From the IMG/VR virus record IMGVR_UViG_3300037307_000721: 64,000 nucleotides of DNA; one strand, written 5' to 3'. This document shows positions 37,101 to 45,269 of this stretch, one piece after another. Every line of letters starts with the position of its first letter. The stretch's first letter is position 1. The stretch comes from a virus. A program made the position numbers and the translations under genes. The notes under the pieces are model-generated. The model was not told the DNA's origin, made no database searches, and was given only the letters and a program-made list of their open reading frames with translations.

Positions 37101-39558
37101 CGTAGACCCGGTTGGGCGCGTTGAAAGGCTTGTTCCAGGACGAGCCCTCGACGCTGAAGGTGGCACCGATCTTCTTGGCCTCGGGCAGGGTGTTCACGTC
37201 GGGGACCTTGCCGGCGACCTGCATGGCGAGCGTGTAGCCGATGAGATAGCCGTTGGCGGCGATGCGGAAATCGCCGTGCACGCTCTTGCCCCGGAAGTGC
37301 GCCTGCAGCACAGAGCGCATCGGCTTCTCGCTGTGCGGCGGCTTGAGGAACGGGTCCTCCTTGGCCATGAGCTCGGCGATCGGTTCGACAGGGAGGTCCG
37401 CCTCTCGCATCTCCACGATCGTCTGGTAGTCGTCGCGCCGGCGCACGACGAGGTCGTAGATGGGCACGTTGGCGGTGAAGGGACCGGCCAGGCCGCTCGC
37501 CACATCGTCATCGTCTTTGCCGATGACGCCGCCGTGGAAGGACATGCGCTGCGAGATCTCCTCCGGCATCATGCGGCCGATGCGAAACTTCACGATGTGG
37601 CTCGTGGCTGGATCGAGCGGGCCGCGAACGAGCATGTCGACGTCGTTCTTGGTCACACCGTTGTTGGCCGTCGAGCCCACGATGTAGACAAAGGGGCTGC
37701 GGAGCAGGAACTCCTTGTGAAAGTGCGGCAGGAGCTCCTTGAGCGTGAGCTCGGGGAACTCGCCGTCGCTGCCCGGATGCACCGGGGCGTAGCGGTCGCT
37801 GGGCCCGGCCTTGTAGAGCGAGGCGAGCTGGGCCGGGTTCGGGATGGCGATGCCGCGACGCTTCAGCTCCTCCTCGATGAAGACGATGCCGTTCTCCACG
37901 TCCTCGCGAGAGAGGCCGCCGCCCGCGGTCGTCTTGCCCTCGGCGAAGACCGTCTCGAGCAACTGCTTCGCCTGCGCGTAGAGAGCCAGCAGCACGCCAT
38001 CGTCCATGCCCTTGAGCGCGTTGGGCGTGAGCCCGCGGAAGCTCATCCAGGGCTCCTCGTCCTCCGCGGGCGGGTCTTCGGCCTTCTTGAGTGCGGCGGG
38101 CAGCTCGATGACGGGACCGTAGCGACGCGAGAGGAGAGGCTTGGCGAGCTGCAGCGGCGGATCGTAGGCCGCCACGAGGTGCATCTTCATGTAGAAGACG
38201 GGGCCCTCGGTCGAGAACTCCTCCCGGGAGAACTTGTCGATGCCGGCGAGGACTTCCGCTGGCAGCTTGCTCATGTCCTCGTACTCGGCGCCCTCATTCA
38301 GGGTGATCACGCCCCAGACGTACTGGGCGCCCGCCTTGGTGGGCTGCACCTCGTTGAGCAAGAACTGGCGCTGGCCCACGCGGCCAGTGCGGCGCAGGCG
38401 AGAAAGGACGCCCGTCTCCTCGTCCGCCTTGAGTCGGCGCAGGTTGAACGCCGGGTCGGGCAGCTTCAGAGTCGGCAGTTTGCCCTTGGGCTGCTCGGCC
38501 ATGGCCACCTCGACGAACGTCTCGTCCTCCCGAATGGGCTTGAGGCCCTGAGCATCCAAGATGTAGAGCGCATCGGGGGCGAGGCCGGACGGCGCCCAGT
38601 CCTTGCCGATCGTGGCGCCCTCCTGGCCGAAGCTCTCCTCGAGCTCGAGGAAGGCCTCCAGGTAGTCGATGGCGTCCTCGGTGAGAGCGAGCGCCCGGGT
38701 CTTCTCGGGCAACGAGCCGACCGTGCGATGCAGCTGCTCGAGCAGGCGCTCGGCCAGGATGAACGGGTTGCCCATGTTCACGGGCGCCGGCGCCGCGACG
38801 CCGAGCATGTCGGCGACCTCGCTGTAGGCGGCGGTCAGCATGGGCCCGATCTGCCCCAGGGCTTTGAGCAGGCGCTGGGCGTGGCCGACGGGCTCCATGA
38901 GCCTTTCGGCCTGCTCGCAGATGTCCGGCATGCGCTGGGCGAAGGCCTGCGCCAGGCCGAGCGCGCGCTGGACGGCAGCCTTCTGGGGCCGGGTCATGCC
39001 GGCGAGCTCTTCGGCCTTGGGCGAACGCTTGAAGCGCGGCTCGAGCACGAAGGTCTGTGCACCCTGCGGGGCTTCCCATGCCTTCGGCTTGTCGAAGGGC
39101 TCGAGCTCCTCGATGCGATAGGCATAGAGACGACGAGCCTTCGGCCACCACTTCTTGCGCTCCTCCTCGGTGATCTTGTGCTGCGAGCGGAGCCGACGGA
39201 ATTCGGCGAGCGAGATGGGCTTGGGCTTGGCCAGCGACATCACGCCGTACACGAACTCCTTGTCGCCGAAGTAGAGCTTCTCGCCGACGACGTTGTAGAC
39301 GCGCGCGTGCACGATGAGCTTCTTCGCTCCCTCCCACACGAGCTTGGCATGCGGCTCGACCAGGATACGAAGGCGCCTCGGCTTGTCGTCTGAGACCTGA
39401 GAAGTCGCCGCCAGGGGCACGTCGGCCGTCGTGATCTCGTCCTTGGCAATCTCCGCCTTGATGGCGGCCGTGCGCACGAGCCGGGAAAGGCCTTGCAGGC
39501 CAGTCGCCAGCTGCTCCAGGCGCTTGCGAACGTCGTCTCTGCTGTTCCGTTCCATCAT
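34165..39558 (-). CDS. Multidomain polyprotein: 2x ASCH/PUA-like, Pol-beta nucleotidyltransferase, 2x LigD-type 3'-phosphoesterase, HxH repeats, ATP-dependent ligase + OB, XkdF prohead protease
   Basis: Ligase motifs EPKFNG, FILDAEF, RVFDILY, EGAMFK, WAKLK. XkdF motifs RYVLGVVLVPDEFDSQGD, GLMH, TGWSIEG. NTase VGS-x8-DVD. PE motif QAH..HGDFR. Confidence 0.85.
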   Translation of the reverse strand: MMERNSRDDVRKRLEQLATGLQGLSRLVRTAAIKAEIAKDEITTADVPLAATSQVSDDKPRRLRILVEPHAKLVWEGAKKLIVHARVYNVVGEKLYFGDKEFVYGVMSLAKPKPISLAEFRRLRSQHKITEEERKKWWPKARRLYAYRIEELEPFDKPKAWEAPQGAQTFVLEPRFKRSPKAEELAGMTRPQKAAVQRALGLAQAFAQRMPDICEQAERLMEPVGHAQRLLKALGQIGPMLTAAYSEVADMLGVAAPAPVNMGNPFILAERLLEQLHRTVGSLPEKTRALALTEDAIDYLEAFLELEESFGQEGATIGKDWAPSGLAPDALYILDAQGLKPIREDETFVEVAMAEQPKGKLPTLKLPDPAFNLRRLKADEETGVLSRLRRTGRVGQRQFLLNEVQPTKAGAQYVWGVITLNEGAEYEDMSKLPAEVLAGIDKFSREEFSTEGPVFYMKMHLVAAYDPPLQLAKPLLSRRYGPVIELPAALKKAEDPPAEDEEPWMSFRGLTPNALKGMDDGVLLALYAQAKQLLETVFAEGKTTAGGGLSREDVENGIVFIEEELKRRGIAIPNPAQLASLYKAGPSDRYAPVHPGSDGEFPELTLKELLPHFHKEFLLRSPFVYIVGSTANNGVTKNDVDMLVRGPLDPATSHIVKFRIGRMMPEEISQRMSFHGGVIGKDDDDVASGLAGPFTANVPIYDLVVRRRDDYQTIVEMREADLPVEPIAELMAKEDPFLKPPHSEKPMRSVLQAHFRGKSVHGDFRIAANGYLIGYTLAMQVAGKVPDVNTLPEAKKIGATFSVEGSSWNKPFNAPNRVYAATKAPEPKQWLGVEEAFEPGTVGATREEAGVMVILAEPRVTWGERTPYFHEYFLEKDPKFSGLLTFRLLVSEAGKPSDPEVEAGRKMPKGVPFWVAMFAKDLVPSVLKPRAVEVGRIPPQGYSYLPPKLKAVVPKEFQYWHAKDEKERKQIRDALVAEHFFTPSNVKLVDHEFRRVVTKYYLYEPTEATGHSPSNMPRPPTAIHDTGETLTCQEKAEGVSSAPFTLSWQRWKGQQVIRAAPSRMLYHLFIDRGGKVEDFQLLEDPSSGQRVSGVHRMATGAGAGELLKLDGDVEPGKSYGGLELNPTKDTPSSISVLARGSIEFLEDGPAFKKFKLKGKDLPKGLSGLLVLRAETKETGEGSIWIWEKSEGVGEPVQRAAAPMTGEAGRSHRHAHHFHVDAQGNGKTTDTVISEGSERRADDHTHEISGRKVKPARGHAHDKPEGHTHELPAGIEKAEKLETITLASGKKIADVQVWDPKTIKPGDDKTHDRERLRPFAIYKPMKTASRESNEFRSNELDRLFTDFATPEMLKSGILVEPKFNGFRSSIQKTEDGRYLMITEDIWDRKTPITNMIDQLPGLKEELDKLPGPFILDAEFTALEPGGGPVPRRELATFRGRTPAEDKGARVRVFDILYHPKKGNVVAKPLEERNALLRDFLRGHDFTRLVYVPHKLVRNKEELRSAIEWARRYIGSEGAMFKSSQSTVTLRETDSWAKLKMIREIRGIIWDAHPVKGSPGVHNFFYAVGPVSGKEAGSWAETVEVAGKTYVKAGRTFNTKVAAKVGDVIRIEVTEILWDESNAEKKRLRGFTPVVVDKADGGPSSLKDVHEMLGSGELKKSADEYSDALAKSFGACSHRVELVKQEDERYVLGVVLVPDEFDSQGDIYDAESVRKAAFYFMEETQRLGLMHQRTLARDKVRVLESYIAPTDLHLDGHFVKKGTWLLAARVLDDALWQAVKDGRLTGWSIEGFALAANLD
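36460..36488 (+). promoter_or_regulatory. Antisense sigma70-like promoter TTGACA-N17-TATCGT with embedded 10-bp inverted repeat (36463-36483)
   Basis: Exact -35, 17-nt spacer, TAnnnT -10. ACAGGTGAGA g TCTCACCTGT fills the spacer. Lies in a low-GC3 linker of the polyprotein gene. Confidence 0.6.
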
Positions 39559-39616
39559 GAGCCCTTTTCGCAGGATTGGCTTTCGGGGAAGAGGTGTCGC
39601 CGCATGACTCGTGCCG

Positions 39617-40057
39617 CTAGGTCGGGGTCCAGATGCGAGAGCCAGGCTTCGGTGGATCGAAGGCCTTGCCGTCGAGCTCGGCGCGAAGCGCGTGGCCCAT
39701 CAGGTCGAGGGTCTGCTCGAGCGAGTAGCCGACGTCTCCACGTGCGTGCCTGATCCAGTTCTCGCAGATCTTGAAGCGGCGCTTGACCTCGCTGACGGTC
39801 GGCTTGGTGTAGCCGAACGGGTTGCGCCGGACGTCTTCGGCGAAGCTTCGCCAGATCACGCCCTCGAGCGTCTCGAAAACCCGGCGTAGGTCATCGTCGC
39901 TCTTGACCAGCGCGGCGAACGGCTTGCGGTCGAACTCGAGCTGCGGGACTCCGTCCTCGGCCAGCTTCTTGGTGATCTCGACGCGCTCGTCCACCTTCTT
40001 CGCGCTCTCCACCTCACTCTCGACGAATTGCTCTACTGCTTCCTTTACCTCGCTCAT
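39617..40057 (-). CDS. Hypothetical protein between portal and protease polyprotein
   Basis: True start ATG 40057 (ATGA overlap with the portal stop, AGGAGG SD). 146 aa. Confidence 0.75.
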   Translation of the reverse strand: MSEVKEAVEQFVESEVESAKKVDERVEITKKLAEDGVPQLEFDRKPFAALVKSDDDLRRVFETLEGVIWRSFAEDVRRNPFGYTKPTVSEVKRRFKICENWIRHARGDVGYSLEQTLDLMGHALRAELDGKAFDPPKPGSRIWTPT

Positions 40058-41847
40058 TGAGCATCCTCCTCGGTCAGGCCGCCGCCGATGGCTTGCAACG
40101 GCGTGCCGGCCCGACGGATCTGGAGCGGCGCGGGCGCGGGCCCGCGGTTCATGTCCGCCTCGGGTGGCACGGACTCCTCCGGTTTCACCGGCACGGGGCT
40201 CGTGCCGATGCCAAGCTGATCTGGACTCGTCGCAGTGTGCAGCTGCGCCAGGATGTAGGGCAGCGGCTTGTTCGTCCACTCCTCTGCGAGGTCCTCGAAC
40301 GTGCGGTTGAAGATGTCTGCGCAGAGCTCGCGCGCCTCGGAGATCATCAACACGCCGGCCTTGACCAGGTTGACGACCATCTCGGCCATGGCCTCTGGGT
40401 CGCGCACGATCGGCGAGTTCGAGCGGAAGATCCAGAACGTGATGTCGAGCTCGGGGAAGAGCTCGCGGTTGATGAACGAGTCGAAGTGCTCGCGCTCCGG
40501 CTCGAAGACCTGCTCCTCGGCGAACTTGAGCGCGGCGTAGGCCGTGGCGCGGTTCATCTGCTTGTCGTCGCCGCGCAAGATGCGTGGCAGGCGGAAGGCA
40601 CGCGCCACCTTCTCCTCGTTGCGCACGTCGTAGTTCTGGAACAGCGCGTCCTGCAGCTGCGCGTCGCGCAGCGGTACGAACATGACCTTGGGCACCGTGC
40701 GTGGCCCGACGTCCCCGGCGCCCTTCTGGCTCTCCGCCTCGAGGACCAGGATGCGGTGCACGCTCTTCTTGCCCTTGAGGTGCTCCTCGATGAACTCCTC
40801 GATCTTGGTGGCCACGCCCTTGCCGAGACGGCCACCGGATACGAGCAGCGCCAGTGGAGGCACGACGTTGTTCTTGAAGTAGTTGAGGTTGACCTCGTCG
40901 AGCTCGCGGCTGCCCATGACGCCGGGCAGGTTGGAGATCCACCGCGGCACACCGTAGGGCGTGTCCGGGGTGAAGATCGCGAAGTGCGCGATCTCCGTCG
41001 CCGGCGCGACGCCGGGCTCTTTCGCCTCGAGGTCCTCGATGGACTCGTAGTACTTGCCGCTCTTCTGCGAGACCACGCGCGGGTCGCCGAACTGCTTGAA
41101 GTAGACCGTCTTGCCGCGCGGCGCGAGCTTGACGTACCGGCGGAAGTGCTTGCGTACCTTGTAGCTCCGCCAGGTGATGTCGGTGACCTTGGCCTTCTCC
41201 TCGACGACGATGGGCTCCTCGTCTTCCTTGAGGAGGCGCATGTTCATCGGGTTCGCGTAGTAGATGCGCGAGACCTCGCCGAGGGCGTTGCGCACGATCT
41301 CCCAGAAGGCATTGCCCAGGACTTCGTAGTCCTGGCGCGTGCGCCGTCGGAGCTCGATGAAGGAGAAGGTGGGACAGACGTAGGAGAAGAAGGCCTTGAG
41401 CCGCGAGTACTCGATGCGCGCGACGCGCCGGAGCTCCTCGATCTTGGCCCCCACCTCCTTCGGGTCCGGCGGCATGCCTGAGGCGGACGCCCCGCCCCGG
41501 TCGTGCGCGTCGAGCGCGTCCTCGTAAAGCATTGCGTCTGAGACGCGCTCGGGCGCCCCCTTGCCGGCGAGGTCGATCGAGGGCACCAGATGGTGCCCAA
41601 ACGAGTCGATGTTCGTCACGTAGGCGTCGATGTTGGGACGCAGGATGGTCGACTGCTCGTAGAGCGTGTACAACTTCTTGAAATCGTAGGGAGGAGCGAG
41701 CGCACCGCCTGGCAGGTTGCCCTCCTTCGACGCGAGGAAGTCGAGCAGCTCCGTTGTCCGGCGCTCGCCACTCCCCAGAATCTCGGCCTTGACGATGGGC
41801 GCCGGGGCCCCTCTCTTGCGAACCACTCTTCGGGTTTTAGTCGCCAC
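40054..41847 (-). CDS. Portal protein (PBSX XkdE-like)
   Basis: DYEVLGNAFWEIVRN, TPYGVPRW, NLNYFKNNVVPPLALLVSGG, KVARAFRLP. Start moved to GTG 41847 (GGAG SD, downstream of the promoter). Confidence 0.92.
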   Translation of the reverse strand: MATKTRRVVRKRGAPAPIVKAEILGSGERRTTELLDFLASKEGNLPGGALAPPYDFKKLYTLYEQSTILRPNIDAYVTNIDSFGHHLVPSIDLAGKGAPERVSDAMLYEDALDAHDRGGASASGMPPDPKEVGAKIEELRRVARIEYSRLKAFFSYVCPTFSFIELRRRTRQDYEVLGNAFWEIVRNALGEVSRIYYANPMNMRLLKEDEEPIVVEEKAKVTDITWRSYKVRKHFRRYVKLAPRGKTVYFKQFGDPRVVSQKSGKYYESIEDLEAKEPGVAPATEIAHFAIFTPDTPYGVPRWISNLPGVMGSRELDEVNLNYFKNNVVPPLALLVSGGRLGKGVATKIEEFIEEHLKGKKSVHRILVLEAESQKGAGDVGPRTVPKVMFVPLRDAQLQDALFQNYDVRNEEKVARAFRLPRILRGDDKQMNRATAYAALKFAEEQVFEPEREHFDSFINRELFPELDITFWIFRSNSPIVRDPEAMAEMVVNLVKAGVLMISEARELCADIFNRTFEDLAEEWTNKPLPYILAQLHTATSPDQLGIGTSPVPVKPEESVPPEADMNRGPAPAPLQIRRAGTPLQAIGGGLTEEDAQ

Positions 41848-41887
41848 CTGATAGTTCTCCCGCATTCTGGAAGGAAGTTCTGCGGCT

Positions 41888-41916
41888 ATGATAGTTAGAG
41901 TGCTCTGGACAGTCAA
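41888..41916 (-). promoter_or_regulatory. Sigma70-type promoter for the head-tail operon (TTGACT-N17-TATCAT)
   Basis: Near-consensus hexamers with 17-nt spacing, about 40 nt upstream of the portal GTG. Confidence 0.7.
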
Positions 41917-41986
41917 ACCCATTTCGTGGCAGCATGTGGACGTCTAAGTCGCAAGCTCGACTTGCCCAAACTGCGGAGGATCTTCC

Positions 41987-42463
41987 ATGACAACGATGCT
42001 TGCCCACGTCCACAAGCCGTGCGCCATCCGGCAGCAAATCAAGGCGGGCAGCCAGTTCGACGGTCTGGCGCCGGCGGACGGGGCCACCGCTCTGGACCCG
42101 GCAGCCAGCCTGGACTACTTCAACTTCGACCCGGGCACGCACGGGGGGCTCTTCGACCCCACGGCGAGCTACTACAGCTTCTACGAGCGGGACGCCTTGA
42201 ACCTGCTCGGGATGGACTTCAAGAGCGGGGGCCAGTCAAGCTGGAGTCTCTCGCTCGTCGACAAGTTCGGCACCGAGTACGTCATCTGGAGTGGGACCAC
42301 CGGGGACACGGTGCAGGGACCCTCGGCCGCGAGCGGACCCGTCATCCTCATCTGGGGGACCAAGCTGAAGTTCGTCACCGTCGGTGCCTCAGCCGCCATG
42401 GTGTGCACCATCAAGCTCGGGCCGCAGGAGTGGTGCATCGAAGACTCAGACCGTGCCGTGTAG
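41987..42463 (+). CDS. Hypothetical beta-rich protein
   Basis: 158 aa, GGAGG SD, high GC3. Confidence 0.65.
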   Translation: MTTMLAHVHKPCAIRQQIKAGSQFDGLAPADGATALDPAASLDYFNFDPGTHGGLFDPTASYYSFYERDALNLLGMDFKSGGQSSWSLSLVDKFGTEYVIWSGTTGDTVQGPSAASGPVILIWGTKLKFVTVGASAAMVCTIKLGPQEWCIEDSDRAV

Positions 42464-42539
42464 TGACGGAAAAGGCGTAGCGGGTCGGGCGCTTGTGACG
42501 TAGACTGCACGGAAGTACTTGAGTCGCTGGCCGAAATTC

Positions 42540-42568
42540 TTGGCAGCAAACGCTTTTTCGGGTATGCT
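42540..42568 (+). promoter_or_regulatory. Sigma70-type promoter (TTGGCA-N17-TATGCT)
   Basis: 17-nt spacing in an AT-enriched gap upstream of 42597. Confidence 0.6.
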
Positions 42569-42596
42569 GCCGGCTGGCGGCTGTTAGGAAGACGGG

Positions 42597-42899
42597 ATGA
42601 TCCTTCAACCGGCGGCCGCCACTGGTGCGGGTATTTCAGCGAGGTTCCGATGGAACAAGCCGCTCGTCGGTGCGAAGGATGGCGTGAACCTCACGTTCCA
42701 CACGCCCGAGCCGTTCCTGCAGGTCGAGGCGACGGCTATCCGTGTGCACCGGAACGGCGTGCTGCTGGAGATGGGCTCGGGCGCGGACTACACCATCGAC
42801 GAGAGCGGTGGTCCAGGTACAGGCTGGGACACAATCGTGCTCGAGGCTTTCGCGCCTCGGAGCTGGGAAAAGCTGACCGCGGACTACGTCGCGGCCTAG
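42597..42899 (+). CDS. Small beta-sandwich virion-type protein
   Basis: 100 aa. RNGVLL...G...DYT...P...EKLTADY pattern seen in phage structural modules. Confidence 0.6.
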   Translation: MILQPAAATGAGISARFRWNKPLVGAKDGVNLTFHTPEPFLQVEATAIRVHRNGVLLEMGSGADYTIDESGGPGTGWDTIVLEAFAPRSWEKLTADYVAA

Positions 42900-42938
42900 A
42901 TAGCTAACACGGCCCCGAGGCCGAGGGAGAGAACAGCA

Positions 42939-44558
42939 ATGTCAAGGACGTTCATTCGGCAGGACGCACAGATCGCGCAGTCGTTCTCGTACGACGACAC
43001 TCGGGCGCCGACCGAGGCCAACTACGAGACCAACGCAACCGACATCGAGTACGATCTCAACAGCATCCGGTCGGCGCTGCAGAGCGCGCTGAACCGGACC
43101 GGCGACAGCATGCCGTCGGGCAACTGGTGGGACAACATCGTCCAGCCGACCACGCTCGAGAACGGCACCCGGCGCGGCGTCTCGGCGCTCAACAGCGCCC
43201 TGCACCTCGTCGAGAAGAAGCGCGTTCTGCGCGACCGCTATCGCCCCGGCAACGACGTGGCGGTCACCGCCGCGCAGAACTGGGAAGTGCTGGCCGCCGG
43301 AGAACTGCCGACCAACACCACCGCTGCCGTCGGTTCGGTCACGACGTTGGGCACGGTTGCGGCGTTCCACACGGGAACTTTCGGCACCCACTCGCTCGAC
43401 GAGGTTTCGGGAACGAACAGCCTCAACCCGAAGAACCTCTGCATCGTCACCGACGCCGCTTCCGGCGACCCGATCCTCTCCAGCGGTCGGACGATCTACG
43501 CGCTCTTCCAGACGGAGATCGCCACGGACGGGCACGTGATGAACGGCACGGACCAGCGTGCGCAGCTCTCGTTCGTCCGGCCGAACGCGACCTTCGACGA
43601 CCTCGAGGCCTGCCCGGTCGCCGACATCGCCGGCAAGACCATCAACTACGCCACCCGTGAGCGCGTCCGGCTCGAAGACCTCAACGAGCAGGACTTCCTC
43701 AAGGGCGCCGTCGTCGACGTGCCGGCCGGCTCGACCCCGACCCGGCAGACCATCTACGACAACCAGGGCACGACGCCGGTCGACCTCACGACCAACGCGA
43801 TCCTCGACCTCGAAGGCGCTGGCCTCGAGTGGCAGATTCGCGATGACCTGGAAGCCATCCTCTTCCGCATCATCGAGGGCTCGGCGGGCGGCACCTCCAA
43901 GGTCGCGATCGAGGACGACGTCGATGAGTTCGACGTCGACGCGGTGGTCTCCGACTTCCTCAACGGCATCAAGGTCGACACCGGAGCGGCCGGCACCACG
44001 ATCCAGATCGGCGTGACGGCGAACCAGATCGACAGCGGCGGTGCGCTCACCATCGCGACCGGAGCCACCGGCGATCTGAAGCTCGACTCCGTGGCCGGCG
44101 AGATCCTCTTCGACGACGTGAACCGCACCGGGTCCACCTGGGCAGCCACGGCGATCAAGCTCTCCGAGACCACCCAGGAGTGGGACGACTACGAGACCTA
44201 CTTCGGCGAGGTCTCCCTCATGAACGCCATCGTCCAGGCGAGCAAGAAGGCGCGGCGCTGGAAGGCCTACGCCAAGCTCACCGCGGATGTGCCGGCGGAC
44301 ACCAACGTCACGGGCGCGGGCGGCACGCCCAACCTCGACGCGCAGCTGCCGGACTACGACCTCGTGGGGCTCACGTTCGTCGAGGACGTGGACGTCTACC
44401 TGAACGGCGAGCTTCTGCGCAACGGCGCGGACGCCTCGGCGAACCATGACGTCTACCCGGGCACGACGCGCGCCAACGGCGACCTCATGTTCGAGTTCGC
44501 CCTCAAGGGCACCGGTTCCAAGCCGGACCAGCTCTGCATGGTCGTCTACGGCAGCTAG
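42939..44558 (+). CDS. Putative abundant virion structural protein (decoration/fibre-like)
   Basis: 539 aa, very high GC3, T/D/G-rich, C-terminal YLNGELLRNG beta-domain, followed by a strong hairpin. Confidence 0.65.
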   Translation: MSRTFIRQDAQIAQSFSYDDTRAPTEANYETNATDIEYDLNSIRSALQSALNRTGDSMPSGNWWDNIVQPTTLENGTRRGVSALNSALHLVEKKRVLRDRYRPGNDVAVTAAQNWEVLAAGELPTNTTAAVGSVTTLGTVAAFHTGTFGTHSLDEVSGTNSLNPKNLCIVTDAASGDPILSSGRTIYALFQTEIATDGHVMNGTDQRAQLSFVRPNATFDDLEACPVADIAGKTINYATRERVRLEDLNEQDFLKGAVVDVPAGSTPTRQTIYDNQGTTPVDLTTNAILDLEGAGLEWQIRDDLEAILFRIIEGSAGGTSKVAIEDDVDEFDVDAVVSDFLNGIKVDTGAAGTTIQIGVTANQIDSGGALTIATGATGDLKLDSVAGEILFDDVNRTGSTWAATAIKLSETTQEWDDYETYFGEVSLMNAIVQASKKARRWKAYAKLTADVPADTNVTGAGGTPNLDAQLPDYDLVGLTFVEDVDVYLNGELLRNGADASANHDVYPGTTRANGDLMFEFALKGTGSKPDQLCMVVYGS

Positions 44559-44571
44559 TAGCCCCGGCGAG

Positions 44572-44606
44572 GTGGGCCGGAGGGGCCTCGCGCTCCTCCG
44601 GCCCAC
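44572..44606 (+). other. 14-bp stem-loop downstream of 42939-44558
   Basis: GTGGGCCGGAGGGG cctcgcg CTCCTCCGGCCCAC, one G-U pair on the plus strand, no U-tract. Confidence 0.65.
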
Positions 44607-44639
44607 GCAGCCGCTATAGGTACAGAAAGGTACAGCGAA

Positions 44640-45269
44640 ATGGCGATCGACAAGGCTCAACTGAAAATCCTGATCGCGAACGACCTGGGGGCCACGATCG
44701 AGGACCGTCTGGAAGGCGAGCGCAAGAGCCAGTACGAGCTCCAGGGCGCAGCGGTTGCCCTCAAGCAGGCGGCGCAGAAGGTCCCTCGGGACTTGATCGC
44801 AAAGCTCGAGCGCGAGCAGACCGAGGGCACGAACGTCATCAAGGACGGGCTCGAGGCGCACCACGTCATCGGGCTCATCAAGCTCTGGCTGACCAAGGCC
44901 AGCGACTACCTCGGGCACCTGGCCGACGTGGAACAGCAGAAGGCCATCATCCAGGGCGGTCGAGCCGCGGGGCTCGAGGACGCCATGAAGATCGTGCAGC
45001 GCATGCGCGATGAAACCGTCCAGCGCGTGCAGGAGATCGCGGCGGCTGCCGATTCAGACGCGCCGCCGCCGCTCGTGGACCGCCGGTCCGAGGCGGCTGC
45101 CGCACGCGCCGAACACGGGAGCGTCGCCGAGCGTCGCGCGGCGGCGGAGGCTGGCCGGAAGAGCGAGCCGCCGGCGCAAGACATTCCCGCGCCGACGCCT
45201 CCACCTCCGGCACCCGAGCCCGCGCAGGCGCCGGCCAGGCCGAAGCGCAAGAGGAAGAAGGCAAGCTGA
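44640..45269 (+). CDS. Hypothetical coiled-coil protein with Pro-rich, basic C-terminus
   Basis: 209 aa, AAGG SD. Confidence 0.65.
   Translation: MAIDKAQLKILIANDLGATIEDRLEGERKSQYELQGAAVALKQAAQKVPRDLIAKLEREQTEGTNVIKDGLEAHHVIGLIKLWLTKASDYLGHLADVEQQKAIIQGGRAAGLEDAMKIVQRMRDETVQRVQEIAAAADSDAPPPLVDRRSEAAAARAEHGSVAERRAAAEAGRKSEPPAQDIPAPTPPPPAPEPAQAPARPKRKRKKAS

Noticed and set aside
39617-40942. 441-aa version of the ORF downstream of the portal
   Set aside because: The N-terminal 295 aa overlap the portal in another frame. The ATGA-coupled ATG at 40057 with AGGAGG is the credible start.
793-41481. Very long plus-strand ORFs antisense to the structural operon (e.g. 793-2874, 6510-9323, 13231-15570, 19601-22864, 24255-26651, 36949-39393, 40057-41481)
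   Set aside because: These are shadow ORFs caused by high GC3 on the real strand. They translate to R/G/V/A-rich text with no motifs.
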